A stretch of 64,000 nucleotides of DNA from assembly GCF_009914755.1 (NCBI RefSeq), contig NC_060927.1. The stretch is one strand, 5' to 3'. This DNA is from the human T2T-CHM13v2.0 reference genome, Homo sapiens. Each line of letters starts with the position of its first letter. Position 1 is the first letter of the stretch. This document shows positions 24,661 through 42,734 of this stretch, in pieces. The notes under the pieces were generated by a model, which was not told the DNA's origin, searched no databases, and saw only the letters and a program-made list of their open reading frames with translations. The translations under genes were made by a program, and so were the position numbers.

Positions 24661-24674
24661 TGACTCATGAGTCA
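24661..24674. promoter_or_regulatory. Tandem AP-1 motifs forming a 14-bp palindrome (candidate enhancer)
   Basis: TGACTCA followed directly by TGAGTCA; motif evidence only. Confidence 0.45.
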
Positions 24675-24968
24675 ATAGGAGCAGAGGGGCCTTGGCAGGC
24701 ACTGCATAAATACATATTATGGTTATTTATCACGAATGAAGATGGCTCATAAATAACTGAAACGGGCCCAGTTCTGCTTCTGTTGAATAAAAGGAAAAAA
24801 ACCCACAAACATCAAAGGATAAAAAATAAAAAGGGAACGCTCTGCAGAAGATGACATTACTTTGTGTTCTATAGCTGAATAAATTGTAGCAATTGCTAAA
24901 ATGCTCCTGGAGAATGATTTTAGAAGAGACCTGCTCAGCGGCCCCGAGTTGTGGGTCTGGGCTGCTTG

Positions 24969-24987
24969 TGACCAGCAGAGGGCAGAC
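24969..24987 (+). promoter_or_regulatory. Candidate CTCF site
   Basis: TGACCAGCAGAGGGCAGAC fits the CTCF core CCASYAGRKGGCRS; motif evidence only. Confidence 0.6.
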
Positions 24988-25517
24988 TTCAGTTATAAAC
25001 GGAAGACTGTAGAACAGATAGTGGGGAAATGTAATTGATGGTTCAAGGTTGTAAACTGCTTATTCCATGGTGTAAATACTCACTTTGGGCCTATGCATAC
25101 CCCCAGAGATCATAGTCCAAGATTCTTGATAGGTTACAAGTGACTAGATTTCAAGGAACCAGCTCTTTGTAATACATATTTATTTGTTTGTAAGGTTAAA
25201 ATCTGGGCAGAAAGGGCTGGTTTTGCACAAACCTCCCTCTGGGTGCCACAAACTGCTATTTAATGTGCAGTCACCGAAGTGACTTGTCGCTGTCCTGGGC
25301 CTGACACAGCTACTCACAGCCGCATATAGTTTGGAGTAGGAGTGTTCGAGCTTTGTATCTGACTTGGAAAAGCAGGTGCTGTGTCATGCACTTGGTGAAA
25401 AAGCCCCTACTGTTGGTCATTCCTCTTTGTTTAATGAATATAGAGAAATCTGCTCCCGAGGAAACAGAGAGATAGGAATGAAGATTACTGGAAATGTTTC
25501 GTTAAGATATGGGTCAG

Positions 25518-26095
25518 CATAGCAACTTGACTCCTAGGTATATATCCAAGATAATTGAAAACACATGTCCACACAAAAACCTGTACACAAATATTCCTAC
25601 CATTATTAACCATAGCCAAAAAGTGGAAACAACCCAAGTGTCCATTAACTGATGAATGGCTAAACAACATGTGGTTCATCCATATAATGGAATATTATTC
25701 AGTCTTAAAAATGAATGAAGTATTGATACATTACAACATAGATAAACCTTGAAAACTTCATGCTAATTGAAAGATGCCAGTCACTGAAGAGCCATATTGT
25801 ATTACTCTAATTACATGAAATGTCTAGAATAGGCAAATTCATAAAAAGCAAATAAAAAATAAAATAGGCAAATAAAAAACCAGATTAGTGATTGATTGGG
25901 GCTGGGGAAGGGAGAGATGGGACTGACTACCAATGAGCATGTTATTTCTTTTGGGGATGATGAAAATGTTCTGAAATTCGATAGTGGTGATGGTTGCACA
26001 TCTCTGTGACCATAATGAAAGCCACTGAATTCTACACTTTTAAAAGGTAAATTTTAAGTATGTGAATTATATCTCAATAAAACTGTTATTAAGAA
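25518..26095 (+). mobile_element. Old L1M (L1MB-like) 3' end
   Basis: ORF2 C-terminal remnant (KKWKQPKCP...MEYYS), then a 3'UTR ending AATTATATCTCAATAAAACTGTT. Confidence 0.85.
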
Positions 26096-26104
26096 AAGAT
26101 TTGG

Positions 26105-26220
26105 GGCTGGGCACAGTGGACCATGCCTGTCATCCCAGCTTTGGGAGATCGAGGTGGGAGGATCACTTGAGCCCAGGAGTTCCAGAACATAGTGAGACCC
26201 CATCTCTATTGAAAAAAAAA
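26105..26220 (+). mobile_element. Alu monomer (FLAM-like)
   Basis: Single degenerate arm ending in an A-run that abuts an AluY. Confidence 0.75.
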
Positions 26221-26562
<342 letters not shown>

Positions 26563-28051
26563 CTACAGAAGGAAACTCAGAGCAGGAAACAAGGTGAATA
26601 TAAAGAGAACATTTGACTTCTGGGACAGCCAGCCCTACCCCCTCCCAAAAAAACACTTTGGATGAGAACAGAGTAGGTTTAGTTCAGGTTAAAGACAGAG
26701 GCAGCCAAATTCAGTGTAGGAAGCAAAGAGAATTATCTACAAAGCTGTACTGACCTTGCATCTTCTCCAGCTGACCCACCTGTAAAGAGTTTACACCTCT
26801 CTGATCATGCTGGCCTTGGTAATATGGGTGCTGGTTCACTCAAGGCAAGAAGACCACATTTGAGCTGATGTCATGGTGACAGAAGGTGCACAGGGAAATA
26901 AGGGAGAATCACACTCTTCAAACCACAGTAACAAGAAAGGCTTCCCAAGCTCTCAGGAGGTGGCAAGGAAGGTGATAATAGTTAAGTCACCAGCTCAGCT
27001 ACCAGGGAACTTCACGGTTACACTTGAGTTCCAAGTATATTACCAGTGACACCCAAGAGGCCAGAAGAAGCCTGTGCTCTGTTCCTTCTGTAGTAGCCAC
27101 CACAGCACCTTGCGTAGGTTGGGCCTATGAGAGCCCTTAGTAAATACTTGGAAAAGGTGGAGAAATTAAGAAATAGATGAGCACACAACTCCAAAGGGCA
27201 GGGGAAGTACCCTGAATGACCGAAGCCAGGGCCAGGTGTAGCCTTGGTCAGTGCATTGGAGAGGAACTACCCTTGAATGAGAAAGATAGGAGATGCCTGC
27301 TCTTTATCAGAGCCATCCACTCATCCATCACTGGACCTGCCTGGCTGAGTTTAAGCAGGGCCATGTCTCAGGCACACTTGCACACACCCGTCTGCTATGG
27401 CATGCTTGGTATGCCTCATTTCTCGCCTTCCTCCAATTCCTGGGCAGAAACATCCTAGAAGATGCACCAGAAGATGCACTTGTCACTATGTCCTTGTCAC
27501 TATGAAGATACTCTGCCTAAGAGTAGGCCTTTTAAAATTTGTGTTTACTGATTTAAAAACCAAACAAAACAAACCTCTCTGTTCTGTAACTGCTCTTGGT
27601 GATCAGGGAGAGCAATGATACTAGGGTGTGATCACATGTTTTCCAGTCCTGTGTTTTTCTCCAAGTCTGGTCCTCTGGGTGAACGTTACGCATTTTAGGG
27701 AGCCAGGGAATAGCTCTAACTATGTCTTACAAAATTACCTTAATTATAGATTCGGCCAAGAGATGGGAACTCAGTAACAACTGGCTAAATACCAATTGTT
27801 TTAAATAAATAATATGAGTTCAGCAGTGAAAATAATTGGATTTGGGAGTTGGGCAGATCTGGGCTTAAAACCTGGTTACTTCCTTCAGTTATGCCTTTAG
27901 TAAGTGTGTATTGATCACCTACAATGTACGAGGCACTCTTTTAGGCATTGACAATAAAAGCACAAATGGGAGAGACAGTCTGTATCTTCAGAGAGCTTAC
28001 AGTCCCACAGCTACACTAAATACCTGTTATCTTTAAAAGGTTACTAAACCT

Positions 28052-28349
28052 GCTGGGTGCTGTGGCTCACACCTGTAATCCCAGGACTTTGGGAGGCTAA
28101 AGTGAGAGCGGATCACCTAAGGTCAGGAGTTTGAGACCAGCCTGGCCAACGTGGTGAAACCCCGTCTCTACTAAAAATACAAAAATTAGCCGGGCATGGT
28201 GGTGAGCACCTGTAATCCCAGCTACTCAGGAGGCTGAGGCTGTAGAACGCTTGAGCCCAGGAGGCGGGGGTTGCAGTGAGCCAAGATCGTGCCACTGCAC
28301 TCCAGTTTGGGTGACAGAGTGAGACTCCGTCTCAAAAAAGAAAAAAAAG
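28052..28349 (+). mobile_element. Alu (AluSx-like) inserted in a MIR
   Basis: TSD AAAGGTTACTAAACCT at 28036-28051 and 28350-28365. Confidence 0.95.
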
Positions 28350-28639
28350 AAAGGTTACTAAACCTTTCTGTGTTTACATCTGTAAAATGAAAACAAAAAC
28401 AAAAACAAATTTGAAGGTTGTTGTAAGGATTAAATTGAATACCATAAACAAAATGCTTTGAATATTGCATTCAAATAGTATTGCTTCCCTTCTCCTTATA
28501 TATACCCCCTTGGTATCGTTTTATCATTTGTTACAACGTACTACTACCTTTAATTGAACATTCCTAGCTTAAAGGGAGACCAAATGTGTCAGGGGTTTGA
28601 AATGGAAACCCCAAAGCAACTCCATTAGGGAACAGTATG

Positions 28640-28870
28640 TGTTGTAGTTGAGAACACGGGGGTTGACATCAGAGAGACCCCAATTAGAAACCAACCCTGT
28701 TACTTGCTGATTTGGGGCAAGTTATTAACCTCTCTGAGCCTCAGTTTCGTCCTCTGTGAAGGCTAATAACCCTATTCTCCCAGAGTTGTTGGGAGGTTTA
28801 GTGAGATGCTATAGGTAAAACACTTAGCTCATTGTCTGGTACATAATAGGTGCTTGGCAAAGATTGTTAC
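28640..28870. mobile_element. MIR
   Basis: Core GGCAAGTTATTAACCTCTCTGAGCCTCAGTTTCGTCCTCTGTGAA. Confidence 0.75.
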
Positions 28871-29702
28871 TCTTATTTGTTTGTCTTACTTTTAGAGTAT
28901 CAACTTTTAGGGCTGGCACTGGTCTTGAATAGCATTATGGCCGATTCCTCATTTTACAGATGAGGAAACTGAGTTTCAAAGCAGGTTGGCCAAATCATAA
29001 GAACTGGAATCTCTGATTCCTGCCCCAGTTTTCTTTGTCTCTACTTCATGTTCAGGGGTGGAGTTGACTAGAATATTTGTTTTAAGGAACATTAAGCTCA
29101 CACATGTAGGATGTGGTAGGAAGCCTTCTTCCTTTCCCAATCCTCAGTTTCTTCTTGTACGGTGATGGAGTTGTCTAAATGATTCTACTCAAGGTTCTGA
29201 GACACAATGTCTTTCTGAAGAGTAGCTAGGAAACACAGGTAACCATGGACAACTTCATCTGCCCTTGCTAATTTCAAGCTCTTGATCTTCCAAAGATTAG
29301 GTGCAAACAGATGGAAGATTCTCACCCATGCCTTCCCCTACAAGGCAACCATGGCTGACCTTCCAGGTGGCTGCTCTTTCAATGGAAGTGATTTTCAAAC
29401 TGCAGATCATAACTTATTAGTGAGTCTTGAAATAAATTTAGTGAGTCAGTATTTCAAAAATGGAAATAGAAGTGATTTTAAAATATCAAAGTACGCCACA
29501 AGTTATAATAATAAGTATTACTTTGTGAAATCTTTGTTATATATGTCATATTTGTGTGTGTGAATTTATGTACTGTGATGTCACAATTTTAAAAATATTT
29601 TTTACCATGGGCTGTAGTCCAAAAAGATTGAAAACTACTGCTTTAAGACATAATTTGTGTTGCCTGCAATTAAAAAAAAATTCTCACTTTTAAATTGCAC
29701 AT

Positions 29703-29835
29703 TATTCATTACTCAACAAATGTTTATTGAGTGCCTACCAAATGCCAGGCACTGTTCTAGGCACTAGGAATACAGCAGTGAACAAAAGAAACAAAAATTC
29801 CTGCACTCATGGAGCTTACCTTCTGGTGGGGAAAA
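29703..29835 (-). mobile_element. L2 3' end fragment
   Basis: CAACAAATGTTTATTGAGTGCCTAC...GCCAGGCACTGTTCTAGGCACT. Confidence 0.8.
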
Positions 29836-29877
29836 CACAAGCAATACATAGGTAAGGTACAAAATGTAGGAAACACA

Positions 29878-30065
29878 GGAGAAAGGCAAGAAGGAAGGAT
29901 GAGAGGAATGAAGAAAGAAGGAAGGAAGGAGGGAGGGAGGGAGGAAGAAAAAAAGAAAGAAAGAAAGAGAAAGAAAAAGAAAGAAAGAGAGAGAGAGAAA
30001 GAAAGAAAGAGAAAGAAAGAAGGGAAGAAAGGAAGAAAGAAGGGAAGAAAGGAAGAAAGCAAAGG
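29878..30065. repeat. GA-rich polypurine low-complexity tract
   Basis: Mixed GAAA, GGAA and GA repeats with almost no pyrimidines. Confidence 0.95.
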
Positions 30066-32839
30066 ACATTCATAAACATTTAACCCAGTAAAAACACTGT
30101 TGGCATTTTGGTGTATGTCCTTACAGACTTTTCATCATATGCACATGCCATTTATCTTGCCATTTAGAGGACTTCCAGGTAATAGTCCTCACATAAATGT
30201 GCAGGATGCTGCTGACCAAAGTCCTGTCCTCTGAAGCATGAAAGGAGAGGCTCTGCTTTCCTCTCTGCCTGCTTCCCTCCTCCCGCTCCTTTCTCTTCTG
30301 TATTAATTGCACTACTAGGCCCTTGGCCTTGGACACAGAGACTTCTGCTGCATGTTAATTAGGCACAGCACCAGCTGACCCTGCTCACTGGGAAGTTCTA
30401 TGTCAGAGTTCTGTTGCATACTGACCTTTAATAGCCTTAATGATTTAATCATTTTATAGATTGAAAACACTGAGGTCCAGAGACGTTGTGACTTGTCTGA
30501 GTTCTCACAAACGATAAACGGAGGCAAGAGTCTGAAATGCTTCGTGCTCCAGCGCCTGAGAGCTCTGGTTTGGCCCCTTCATCTGCCGTGCATTTCACCT
30601 TCCTTTCTTATTGTGCCAATATAGTAAAAATAATTTTTTTTCTAACACTAAGCTATTATTTTAAGTTTCTGTTTTCTAACAGGTACAAACTGGTTAGACT
30701 CGTCCTGGCTTAAGTGACCGTTAATTTAGTAAATCTCCTTGGATTTTGTGACTGTTACGCTAAAAGCCTTAAAAATAAATGTAGTAAGAAGCTGCCCTTG
30801 GGTCCAGCAGAGAAGAAGATAAAATTGGATCCTTTTCAAAGCCAGTGTTTACACTCAGATGCCTCTGGCTTTCTCATTTACTTTAATAAGCTATTTCACG
30901 AGGTAACTTTATCTTTACAGATACTTTTTTTTTTCTGAAGGAGAGATGGTTTTTAGCAGAGAGCAAGGAACTTAAAATCAAGAGGTTTGCGCTCTAGTCC
31001 CAATTCTGCTCAGTAACCCTAGACCAGTCACCTGCCCTCTGTGAGCCTAAGACTGGATGAGGGGTTTCTAAGCTGTGGTCAGTGGGGCCTCAGGATTTCC
31101 ATGACGTATTTCTGGGCTACTGCTGGAGACCTACAGTGAAGGCTCAGAGGCTGCCGTCCCAGAACCACACTGCCCCCTTGTCTCCCTCCCTCCCCTACTC
31201 AGAGCAGCTCTCCTTTTATTTGTTTTAAAGGGGAGAGTCTGCATAAGATTTTATTTAAAAGAAAAGTTCTGCTGTTGTTAGTATATAAAAATCACCAGAA
31301 CAGTTAGATGATCTGAAAGATCTTTTCCAGCTCTAACATTCTGGGGTGTCTGAGTTTAAAGATCGGCTCTTGCTTTACTTTTTTAGCTACCTCTTTGCTC
31401 CACGGACATGCAAACCAATCATCTCTAAATTATAAATATTCTCTCTGCTGCCCCCAGCTGACTGCTAGCTATGTATTATGCTGGCTGTAAAGATCCTGGA
31501 AATGAGCTTGTCTGCTACTCCTGCCCTAATAGTGTTGTGACCAGCAGGGAAGAACATTTGTAGCAGTACTTATTTGCTGATCAGGGATTTTATTTTTTTT
31601 TTAAGCTTGCATTTGCTTTAACCGCTTAGGAAAAACAGTTCCAGAACTATCCCCAGCCCTGACCAGCACAGCAGCATCCTCATTCGTATGCTGCTGCTTT
31701 GTCTGGCAAAAGGCATTCTACCATGCCATTCCTAACCGCTCCCCACTGTGGTAAGCAGCTATTCGGATTGGATCCCACATCCTCTCTTGGATATTTTGTT
31801 TTTCAGGCTGTCTGTCTTACTGCATGCTCCCAAAGTTTCCTCTGAAAGCTAGTGATCTTTGGCTGCCACTGCAGTCCGGCCAGGCCTGAGCCAGGCTGTG
31901 CCTGCCCAGCCCTACCTAGAGCACCACAGACCTTTCTGGTGCTGATTTATTTCACACGCACTGTGCCTGCTTTGCCCAGAGTAGAGCAAGACCAATTTTT
32001 CCTTTACAAATACATGATTTAAACTTTCATCAAAAATTAACTGGTGCTAAAAGCAGACAAAGACAAATCAGCATTTTCTACTCACTACATGTCAGTAAGG
32101 TTCAAGAATTTGCTGCTAGATGTGTAAATCAGGATATAGGATGGGAGAAGCAAACACTGATCACACTCTGAGTGTTCCTTACCTCCCTTCATCCTTATAA
32201 TAACCCTCCTAGGTAGATATTCTCATCTCCATTTGTTAGAGGAAGAAACAGGCTGGGGGAGGTAGAATAACTTGTGTAGACACACAGTTAGGAAGTGGCA
32301 GATGCAGGAATTGAACTTGTTCTATCTGGCACCAAATGCCTTGTTCTTTCCACGACACCATGCTGCCTTCTTGATGAGCATGCTGACTCATTTGGGAAGT
32401 TATGTAAGCTTGCAAATCACATTGAGATTCCCAGATAATGTGACTGCATAAAGAAGAACAAGGTGCTGCCACGAGTGGCTTTGGTGCAGTGACAGAAACA
32501 CAGGGGAGAGGCTCTGCACTGTCGAGAAGGGGTCAGCAAAGCTGTTGAGAGGAGATGGGCTGCACCAGTGGGCCCCAAACCACAGGCAATCATTTATCTC
32601 TTCCCTTCCCAACCTGTTCTGCAAATAAACAGATTTTAATTATAAATATATGAATAAAGCTATCTATCCATTTAATTCACGTTACTGAAAATCCAGTCCA
32701 AGCTTTGACCACCTGCAGAAGGTATGCCAAAGGTGCCCAGGGTCAGATGGCTTGGCACCACTCCAGTCACCTGCATCAGGTGAAATAAGCAAGGTAGGTC
32801 TTTAGCATCATCCACATATGCTTTTATTGACTAGAGGAG

Positions 32840-33381
32840 TGTCATAATCAGATTTGCACCTCGGGAAGTTATCCCAGGCCTCTGTCGGGAAAGGGAGAAG
32901 GGAGGCAATGCAGCGGTGCTGTCAGTGCCCCGCCCACGTCCAATTAGTATGCACCCCACACCCCCAAGGCCTGTGACCCTCTGTGCTCTGGCTTGGCAGC
33001 ATGCATAGCCCATACACAGTGCAGGAGTGCAGGCCAGATGTGCTGGGGGGTTGATGTCCCTGAGATCAGCCCTCAAACAATGAGGAACAGGAGAGTTGAT
33101 GGGTAAACACCCCAGCTTCCTTGCCTGTTGGTTGGGATAACTCTTAAGTCGTATTCTACTCTGTGTCTCAGAGTTTCTCAGTGAGGTGGAGCTCCAGTGG
33201 AGTTTCTCAGTGGCATGGAGCTCGGCAGTGCTTAGTAACACATCCTTTATTGGCTTCTTTCACTTCCCTGTCCTGCTCCCTGAATCAGCTCCCAGGGATT
33301 CCTGAGATCACCTCTCAAATGAACTATTTATAGTAGAATCCATGTTTCAGGTTTCGTTTCCAGAGGAAGCCAGATAAAGAC
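32840..33381. mobile_element. Old ERVL-class LTR (LTR16-like)
   Basis: GGGTAAACACCCCAGCTTCCTTGCC, CCTTTATTGGCTTCTTTCACTTCCCTG and the terminal GAGGAAGCCAGATAAAGAC resemble LTR16. Confidence 0.65.
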
Positions 33382-33390
33382 CATTCAGAA

Positions 33391-33520
33391 GCCGGTGTGG
33401 TGGCTCATTCCTGTAATCCCAGCACTTTAGAAGGCTGAGGTGGGTGGATCACTTGAGGCCACGAGTTGAAAACCAGCCCGGCCAACATGATAAAAGCCTC
33501 ATTTAAAAAAGAAAAAAAAA
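33391..33520 (+). mobile_element. Alu left monomer
   Basis: Single arm with an A tail; ACCATTCAG repeated on both sides. Confidence 0.85.
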
Positions 33521-33629
33521 CACCATTCAGTACTTTGTGCCGAGATGGATAATGTGCACTAGACAAAGGGAACAGAAGTGGGAATGGAGAAGAGGGGGTT
33601 GCTATGAGAAATATTCACTCTGAGATTTA

Positions 33630-34545
33630 GAACTTCAAAATAAGAAACTCCTACATTTAATAGCAGTAATTAAAAAAAAACTAACCCCTAATTTTAAAAA
33701 TAGGCTAAGGACTGGAATAGACATTTCTCCAAAGAAGACATACAAATAGCCAGCAGGTATAAGAAAATGTTCAACATCACCAATCATCAGAAAAACGCAA
33801 ATCAAAACCGTAATGAGATACCACCTCACACCTGCTAGGATGGTTGTTATATATATAAAGATAACAAGTGGTGGTGAGGATGTGGAGGAAATTGGAACCC
33901 TCATATGCTGTTGGTAGGAATGCAAAATGGTGCAGCCACTATGGAAAACAGTGTGAAGTTCCTAAGAAAATTAAAAATAGAACTACCATATGATCCAGCA
34001 ATCCCACTTCTGGATATTTATCCAAAAGAATTGAAATTAGGATCCCAAAATGATATTAGTATACCCATGTTCACTGCAGCACTATTCACAATAGCCAAGA
34101 TGTGAAAACAACTTAAATGTCCATCAACAGATGAATGGATAAAAAGAAAATGTGGTACATACATACAACGGAATATTATTCAGCCTTAAAAAGGAAATTT
34201 GGCAATGTGTAACAATACAGATGAACCTTAAGGACATTACACTAAGTGAAATAAGCCAGTCACTGAAAGGCAAATATTGCATGACTCCACTTATATGAAA
34301 TATCTAAGATGAAGTATCTATGATTCAAATTAATAGAATCATAGAATGGTGGTAGCCAGGGCTGGGAGGAAGAGGAAATGGGGAATCACTAACAATGAGC
34401 ATTGTGTCTCAGTCAAGCAAAATAAATAAGCTCTGGGGAGCTGTTGTACAACCTTGTACCTATAGTCAACAATAATGTATTGTACACTTAATATTTTGTT
34501 AAGAAGGTAGATCTCGTGTTAAATGTTATCACGATTTTAAAAAAC
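33630..34545 (+). mobile_element. Old L1MA-like 3' end
   Basis: ORF2 C-terminal remnant (ELPYDPAIPLL...[11 protein letters not shown]) followed by a 3'UTR. Confidence 0.88.
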
Positions 34546-35653
34546 TGGTTAAATGGAGGGGTAAGAGAGAAAGGAGGGAGAGAAAAGACTCTACAAGAAT
34601 TCTGAGTCTCTGGCTTAAGCTCCTGGGTGGATACTGATGCCTTACACTGAACTAGAGAATACATTTCAGGGGTAAGAAAGTAAATCCAATTTTGGATATG
34701 TAGGAGAAAGTGACATCTGGCTCTGTGATGTCATTTGCAAAAATGAAAGTGCCCCCTTTGCCAAAAGCATCTTCCCAAACCTCTTACCATAGGGCTTGAA
34801 ATTCTCTATTACTCACTTATTTGGCTTGCTTTTTCCAGAACACTATTTTTAAAATGCTCCTGAGATTATTGATACTTTTGTTACGTGTGATAATAGCATT
34901 GTGGTTATGTAGAAAAAAACCTCCTTAACTGTTAGAAATACATGCCAAAGTATTTAATGGATAATATAAAACACTGTGAGGGACTGCTTTCAAATAATCC
35001 AGCAAAAAGAAAAATGAAGGGTATATCTAGGGGGATGGATAAAACAACATGGAAAAATATTTAAAATGATAAAAGCTGGAGAATGAATACAGTGGGTCCA
35101 TTATACCATTTCCTCTACTTTTGTATGTGGGAAGTTTCCATAACAAAAAAAAATAGAAGTTACCCTGGTATTTTTAAGATGCTCTTGGCAGGATATCTTA
35201 TCCAATTGTCTTTAACACCTGTGAAAGAACAACCACAAAAGTGTGTTTTGAAACTTTGGTTGGATTTCATATATTTAGAATATTTAGAAGAAAAGGAGGC
35301 TGGTTCTTTCAAAAAATAGACTTGTGAGGAGCTGGATTTTAAAAGAGAGAAGAAACCAAGATTCAGATGTAGAATTTCATATGTTTTTGCCAACCATGTG
35401 ATTCCTTCCACCATTTTCCAGAGCATAAGAAGGCATCTCATGACCCTCCATCATGCCTTACCACGATGGTCCCACATCAGGGCCTTTGTGTGCATGCTGT
35501 CATTTTATCTCCAAAACGCTCTCTAGGCACCCATTTCAAAGATGAAGGAACTCAGGCTGGAGAGGTCAGGTTTTCTGCCTATAGACCATAGAGTAATCAA
35601 TTCCAGGGGCATTGGGAGAAGGGCCCAGGTTTGACGTTCCATGTATCTGACTC

Positions 35654-35808
35654 CAAAGTCTGGTATATTCCACAGCCTTCAGTCTAGTTTGCTGTGGTTG
35701 ACCTTAGGTCACCTTGCCATTCCAAGAACTGGTCATTCACAAACTGGCTTCAGCAGAATTGACTTTCTGGGAATCAGCCTGCTTCTGCTGAGGACAAGCT
35801 TAAACCAA
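35654..35808 (+). repeat. 155-bp direct repeat, copy 1 (copy 2 at 49040-49194)
   Basis: Ungapped alignment with 10 mismatches in 155 bp by manual comparison. Confidence 0.95.
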
Positions 35809-36103
35809 CAAAAATCAACAGCATGCCTCCTTGGGCAGGGACAATAGGGTGATAGAGTTCATAGACTAAGTGAGAACTGTCAGGAAAGCATTGTGTCCGT
35901 TTCCTCCAAAGCCTTGAGGCATTGGCAGGGTTTGACAGGGAGGGTGGAGGTGGGCACAACACCTAGAAGAGCAACTGGGTGAAAAGCAAAGATAAATGGA
36001 ACTGTAAAAAAGCATATAATTCCATAAGCAAACATAAAATGCTTTAAAAAGTGGTGTTTCCTTATCTAAGTACTTACTGATGCTTTTTAGAAAACCAATC
36101 TTA

Positions 36104-36406
<303 letters not shown>

Positions 36407-36574
36407 TTAAAGTCAAGCAAAGGAGATAACTAAGTAAATTATAATTATTTCCTACTGTTGGAGTATTACATGTCCATAGTTTATGGATGTTATTATCCAT
36501 AATAAAGATTATGGAAAACTGTTTATTTAAAAAATTTAACTGAAAAAGCAGAATATAGAATACATATAGGATAA

Positions 36575-37607
36575 GGGCAGTCAAGATGGCCGAATAGGAA
36601 CAGCTCCGGTCCATAGCTCCCAGCATGAGCGACGCAGAAGACGGGTGATTTCTGCATTTCCATCTGAGGTACCGTGTTCATCTCACAAGGGAGTGCCAGA
36701 CAGTGGGCGCGGGACAGTGGGTGCAGCACACCGTGCACAAGCCGAAGCAGGGTGAGGCATTGCCTCACTTGGGAAGCACAAGGGGTCAGGGAGTTCCCTT
36801 TCCTAGTCAAAGAAAGGGGTGACAGACGGCACCTGGAAAATCGGGTCACTCCCACCCGAATACTGCGCTTTTCCAACGGGCTTAAAAAACGGCACACCAG
36901 GAGATTATATCCCGCACATGGCTCGGAGGGTCCTACGCCCACAGAGTCTCACTGATTGCTGGCACAGCAGTCTGAGATCAAACTGCAAGGCGGCAGCGAG
37001 GCTGGGGAAGGGGCGGCCGCCATTGCCCAGGCTTGCTTAGGTAAACAAAGCAGCCGGGAAGCTCCAACTGGGTGGAGCCCACCACAGCTCAAGGAGGCCT
37101 GCCTACCTCTGTAGGCTCCACCTCTGGGGGCAGGGCACAGACAAACAAAAAGACAGCAGTAACCTCTGCAGACTTAAATGTCCCTGTCTGACAGCTTTGA
37201 AGAAAGCAGTGGTTCTCCCAGCACACAGCTGGAGATCTGAGAATGGGCAGACTGCCTCCTCAAGTGGGTCCCTGACCCCTGACCCCTGAGCAGTGTAACT
37301 GGGAGGGACCCCCCAGTAGGGGCAGACTGACACCTCACACGGCTGGGTACTCCTCTGAGACAAAACTTCCAGAGGAACGATCAGACAGCAGCATTCGCGG
37401 TTCATGAAAATCCGCTGTTCTGCAGCCACCGCTGCTGTTACCCAGGCAACCAGGGTCTGGAGTGGACCTCTAGCAAACTCCAACAGAGCTGCAGCTGAGG
37501 GTCCTGTGTGTTAGAAGGAAAACTAACAAACAGAAAGGACATCCACACCAAAAACCCATCTGTACATCACCATCATCAAAGACCAAAAGTAGATAAAAAC
37601 CACAAAG
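36575..37607 (+). promoter_or_regulatory. L1 5'UTR internal promoter with YY1 site and the ~129-bp ZNF93-binding segment
   Basis: YY1 core CAAGATGGC at 36582-36590. Segment 37354-37481, absent from L1PA2/L1HS, contains CTGCAGCCACCGCTGCTG (37420-37437). Confidence 0.85.
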
Positions 37608-38624
37608 ATGGGGAAAAAACAGAGCAGAAAAACTGGAAACTCTAAAAAGCAGAGTGCCTCTCCTCCTCCAAAGGAATGCAACTCCTCACCAGCAACGGAA
37701 CAAAGCTGGATGGAGAATGACTTTGACAAGTTGAGAGAAGAAGGCTTCAGATGATCAAACTACTCTGAGCTACAGGAGGAAATTCAAACCAAAGGCAAAG
37801 AAGTTAAAAACTTTGAAAAAAATTTAGACCAATGTATAACGAGAATAACCAATACAGAGAAGTGCTTAAAGGAGCTGATGGAGCTGAAAGCCAAGGCTCG
37901 AGAACTACGTGAAGAATGCAGAAGCCTCAGGAGCCGACGCGATCAACTGGAAGAAAGGGTATCAGTGATGGAAGCTGAAATGAATGAAATGAAGCGAGAA
38001 GGGAAGTTTAGAGAAAAAAGAATAAAAAGAAATGAACAAAGCCTCCAAGAAATATGGGATTATGTGAAAAGACCAAATCTACGTCTGATTGGTGTACCTG
38101 AAAGTGATGGGGAGAATGGAAACAAGTTGGAAAACACTCTGCAGGATATTATCCAGGAGAACTTCCCCAATCTAGCAAGGCAGGCCAACATTCAGATTCA
38201 GGAAATACAGAGAACGCCACAAAGATACTCCTCGAGAAGAGCAACTCCAAGACACATAATTGTCAGATTCACCAAAGTTGAAATGAAGGAAAAAATGTTA
38301 AGGGCAGCCAGAGAGAAAGGTCAGGTTACCCACAAAGGGAAGCCCATCAGACTAACAGTGGATCTCTCAGCAGAAACTCTACAAGCCAGAAGAGAGTGGG
38401 GGCCAATATTCAACATTCTTATAGAAAAGAGTTTTCAACCCAGAATTTCATATCCAGCCAAACTAAGCTTCATAAGTGAAGGAGAAATAAAATCCTTTAC
38501 AGAGAAGCAAATGCTGAGAGATTTTGTCACCACCAGGCCTGCCCTAAAAGAGCTCCTGAAGGAGGCACTAAACATGGAAGGGAGCAACCGGTACCAGCCA
38601 CAGCAAAATCATGCCAAATTGTAA
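37608..38624 (+). pseudogene. L1 ORF1 with a single premature stop (R49*)
   Basis: ATG at 37608 (MGKKQ), 339 codons in frame, TGA at 37752-37754 (CGA>TGA); the 248-aa ORF from 37878 runs to the natural stop. Confidence 0.95.
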
Positions 38625-38672
38625 AGACCATCGAGGCTAGGAAGAAATTGCATCAACTAACGAGCAAAATAA

Positions 38673-42734
<4,062 letters not shown>

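Noticed and set aside
29757-30079. Overlapping F/S/L-rich and K/E/R-rich ORFs
   Set aside because: These are translations of the GA-rich simple repeat.
36523-37023. L1 antisense ORF0 / 139-aa minus-strand ORF
   Set aside because: The ORF0 ATG (37023) meets an in-frame TGA after 24 codons (CAG TGA); the listed ORF starts at a non-ATG codon downstream of that stop.
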